A stretch of DNA of 47,571 nucleotides from a virus: UHGV virus genome UHGV-2008342; one strand, written 5' to 3'. Below are positions 45,395 through 47,571 of this stretch, one piece after another. Below the pieces are notes generated by a model. The model had not been told where the DNA came from. It did no database searches and saw nothing but the letters and a program-made list of their open reading frames with translations. Position 1 is the stretch's first letter; each line of letters starts with the position of its first letter. The position numbers and the translations under genes were made by a program.

Positions 45395-45598
45395 ATGAAT
45401 ACAGCATTTGCACTCGTTCTGACAGTTTTTCTTAATACAGGCGAACCAGTCGATCTTGTTATTGGTATACATGACTCAATGAAAGAATGCATGGCTGCCG
45501 CAGCGGAACAGAAAATTCCCGGCAACTGTTATCCGGTTGATAAAGTTATTCGCATGGACAATAACGAAATCCCGGCAGGACTTAAAACAGCACCGTAA
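45395..45598 (+). CDS. ydfD: YdfD
   Basis: About 67 aa from MNTAFALVLTVFLNTGEPVDLVIGIHDSMKECMAAAAEQKIPGNCYPVDKVIRMDNNEIPAGLKTAP. ATG is 2 nt after the dicB stop. Confidence 0.75.
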   Translation: MNTAFALVLTVFLNTGEPVDLVIGIHDSMKECMAAAAEQKIPGNCYPVDKVIRMDNNEIPAGLKTAP

Positions 45599-45678
45599 TT
45601 AATATCCGGTTTCATTTTTATATGCCAGCAATGGCAGGGATTTGTTCACCCTTAAATCTGTAATGAGGTTAAAACAAA

Positions 45679-47571
45679 ATGAGTAAAGTCTTTATTTGCG
45701 CCGCCATTCCGGACGAACAGGCAATAAAGGAAGAAGGTGCAGTCGCTGTAGCCACTGCCATTGAAGCCGGCGACGAACGCCGCGCCCGTGCCAAATTTAC
45801 CTGGCAATTCCTGGAGCAATATCCGGCTGCTCAGGACTGCGCTTATAAATTTCTTGTCTGCGAGGATAAACCCGGCATGCCCCGCCCTGCCATCGACTCC
45901 TGGGATACCGAATATATGCTGGAAAACCGCTGGGATGAGGAAGGCGCTTCCTTTGTTCCGGTCGAACCAGAATCCGATCCGATGAACGTCAATTTTGACA
46001 AGCTGTCCCTTGAAGTACAGAACGCGGTCCTGGTTAAGTTCGGTACATGTGAAAACATCACCGTTGATATGGTGATTAGTGCACAGGAATTGTTGCAGGA
46101 GGACATGGCAACATTCGACGGGCATATCGTTGAGGCATTGATGAAAATGCCTGAAGTTAACGTCATGTATTCAGAACTAAAACTGCTCGCCATCGGGTGG
46201 GTTAAACATAAATGTAAGCCGGGTGCAAAATGGCCTGAGATCCAGACAGAATTACGCACCTGGAAAAAACGTCGCGAAGCCGAACGCAAAGAAACCGGGA
46301 AATACACGTCTGTTGTTGATCTTGCCCGCGCCAGAGTCAACCGGCAGCACACTGAAAACTCAGCAGGAAAAATCAACCCCGCCACTGCCGCCATTCGTCG
46401 CGAATACAAGCAGACATGGAAAACACTGGATGAAGAACTGGCCTGCGCTCTCTGGCCTGGTGATATTGATGCAGGAAACATTGACGGCAGCATCCATCGC
46501 TGGGCAAAAAATGAAGTTATCGACAAGGATCGCGAAGACTGGAAGCGCATCTCCGCATCAATGCGCAAACAGCCTGATGCGCTTCACTACAGCTGCCAGA
46601 CTATTTTCGGCCTCGTTCGTGAACGTCCGATCGACATTCACAAAGATCCTGTGGCGCTGAACAAATACATCACTGAATACCTGACTACAAAGGGCGTGTT
46701 TGAAGATGAAGGAACAAATCAGAGCGCAACTGATACTCTCCCGTCGCCAGTACCAGAAGCTGATGCAGTGGAAACGGCAATGCCGAACAACGAAAAAACC
46801 GAATGCGAAGTGGAAGCCGAATCATCTGTAGAACGAGAGGGGCCGTTCTATTTCCTTTTCACCGATAAGGACGGCGAAAAATACGGTCGCGCAAACAAAC
46901 TTTCTGGTCTGGAAAAAGCACTGGCCTTGGGAGCTACGGAAATCACAAAAGAGGAATACTTCGCACGTAAAAACGGCACGTACTCAGGTTCACAACAAAA
47001 TACTGGTGCATCTGACACGACCGCACAACCAGAGCCGGTAAAAGTTACCGCTGACGAAGTAAACAAAATTATGCAGGCAGCCAATATCAGCCAGCCTGAC
47101 GCCGATAAGTTGCTTGCGGCCTCTCGCGGTGAATTTGTTGCAGGAATTAGCGACCCGAATGATCCGAAATGGGTGAAGGGGATTGAAATCCGCGATTCAG
47201 TGAACCAGAACCAACAAGAAACGGAAAAAGTCTGCACCGCCTGCGGTCAGAGCGGTGGCGGCAACTGCCCTGATTGTGGCGCGGTGATGGGCGACGCAAC
47301 ATACCAGGAAACATTCAATGAAGAGAATCAGGTTGAAGTTCAGGAAAATGATCCGGAGGAAATGGAAGGCGCTGAACATCCACACAAGGAGAACACTGGC
47401 GGCAATCAGCATCACAATAGCGATAATGAAACTGGCGAGACGGCAGATCCCTTAATTGCGGTGAACGGTCATCACGAAATCACATCCACCAGCAGGACGT
47501 GTGACCATCTAATGATCGACCTTGAAACCATGGGAAAAAATCCTGATGCCCCGATTATCTCAATAGGTGCA
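45679..47571 (+). CDS. large early-operon protein, 3'-partial (at least 631 aa): YdfE-like N-terminus, acidic linker with CxxC...CxxC, then an exonuclease-like motif at the window edge
   Basis: Hand translation from the ATG at 45679 (MSKVFICAAIPDEQAIKEEGAVAVATAIEAGDERRARAKF...) has no stop through 47571. It is absent from the ORF track, probably because no stop lies in the window. The last residues, ...TCDHLMIDLETMGKNPDAPIISIGA, look like a DEDD/DnaQ-type exonuclease motif I. Confidence 0.6.
   Translation, partial: MSKVFICAAIPDEQAIKEEGAVAVATAIEAGDERRARAKFTWQFLEQYPAAQDCAYKFLVCEDKPGMPRPAIDSWDTEYMLENRWDEEGASFVPVEPESDPMNVNFDKLSLEVQNAVLVKFGTCENITVDMVISAQELLQEDMATFDGHIVEALMKMPEVNVMYSELKLLAIGWVKHKCKPGAKWPEIQTELRTWKKRREAERKETGKYTSVVDLARARVNRQHTENSAGKINPATAAIRREYKQTWKTLDEELACALWPGDIDAGNIDGSIHRWAKNEVIDKDREDWKRISASMRKQPDALHYSCQTIFGLVRERPIDIHKDPVALNKYITEYLTTKGVFEDEGTNQSATDTLPSPVPEADAVETAMPNNEKTECEVEAESSVEREGPFYFLFTDKDGEKYGRANKLSGLEKALALGATEITKEEYFARKNGTYSGSQQNTGASDTTAQPEPVKVTADEVNKIMQAANISQPDADKLLAASRGEFVAGISDPNDPKWVKGIEIRDSVNQNQQETEKVCTACGQSGGGNCPDCGAVMGDATYQETFNEENQVEVQENDPEEMEGAEHPHKENTGGNQHHNSDNETGETADPLIAVNGHHEITSTSRTCDHLMIDLETMGKNPDAPIISIGA

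Noticed and set aside
45652-46568. Minus-strand ORFs of 157 and 241 aa listed in the ORF track
   Set aside because: They are antisense to the long plus-strand reading frame starting at 45679, which is the credible gene.

Overview
The window is almost entirely one lambda-like prophage of the E. coli Qin type, lying in reverse orientation to the canonical lambda map. It is inserted next to a host MFS transporter gene (ydfJ-like, bases 1-1284) that has lost its 5' end at the junction. All calls are from reading the sequence and ORF track and from recalled protein families; no database search was run.

Left to right the prophage carries:
- ydfK and a Pin-family serine invertase (2071-3211);
- a complete lambda-type tail and head module on the minus strand (tfa, stf, lom, J, I, K, L, M, H, G/GT, V, U, Z, FII, FI, E, D, C/Nu3, B, W, A, Nu1; 3309-26496);
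- cosN at 26674-26685;
- lysogen-type accessory genes between cos and the lysis cassette (ynfO, ydfO, gnsB, ynfN-like, cspI);
- a lysis cassette of Rz/Rz1, a signal-anchor (SAR) endolysin, ydfR and a 71-aa pinholin;
- cspB and cspF, antiterminator Q, ydfU, and a relB-relE-hokD toxin-antitoxin operon;
- ydfV and flxA (with a sigma-28 promoter), then an IS element whose transposase is split at a G6 run;
- a decayed stretch of small genes with single in-frame stops, including a DNA methyltransferase;
- an O-like replication initiator with origin iterons inside its coding sequence;
- the dicC/dicA immunity switch with palindromic operators;
- the early operon ydfA-ydfB-ydfC, a dicF-like sRNA, dicB, ydfD, and a large ORF that runs off the window end.

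The least explained region is a low-GC insert between ydfC and the dicF-like sRNA (44024-44970). It holds two convergent, overlapping small ORFs and a roughly 330-bp hairpin-rich non-coding stretch; I could not assign a function to any of them. No CRISPR array or tRNA was found.
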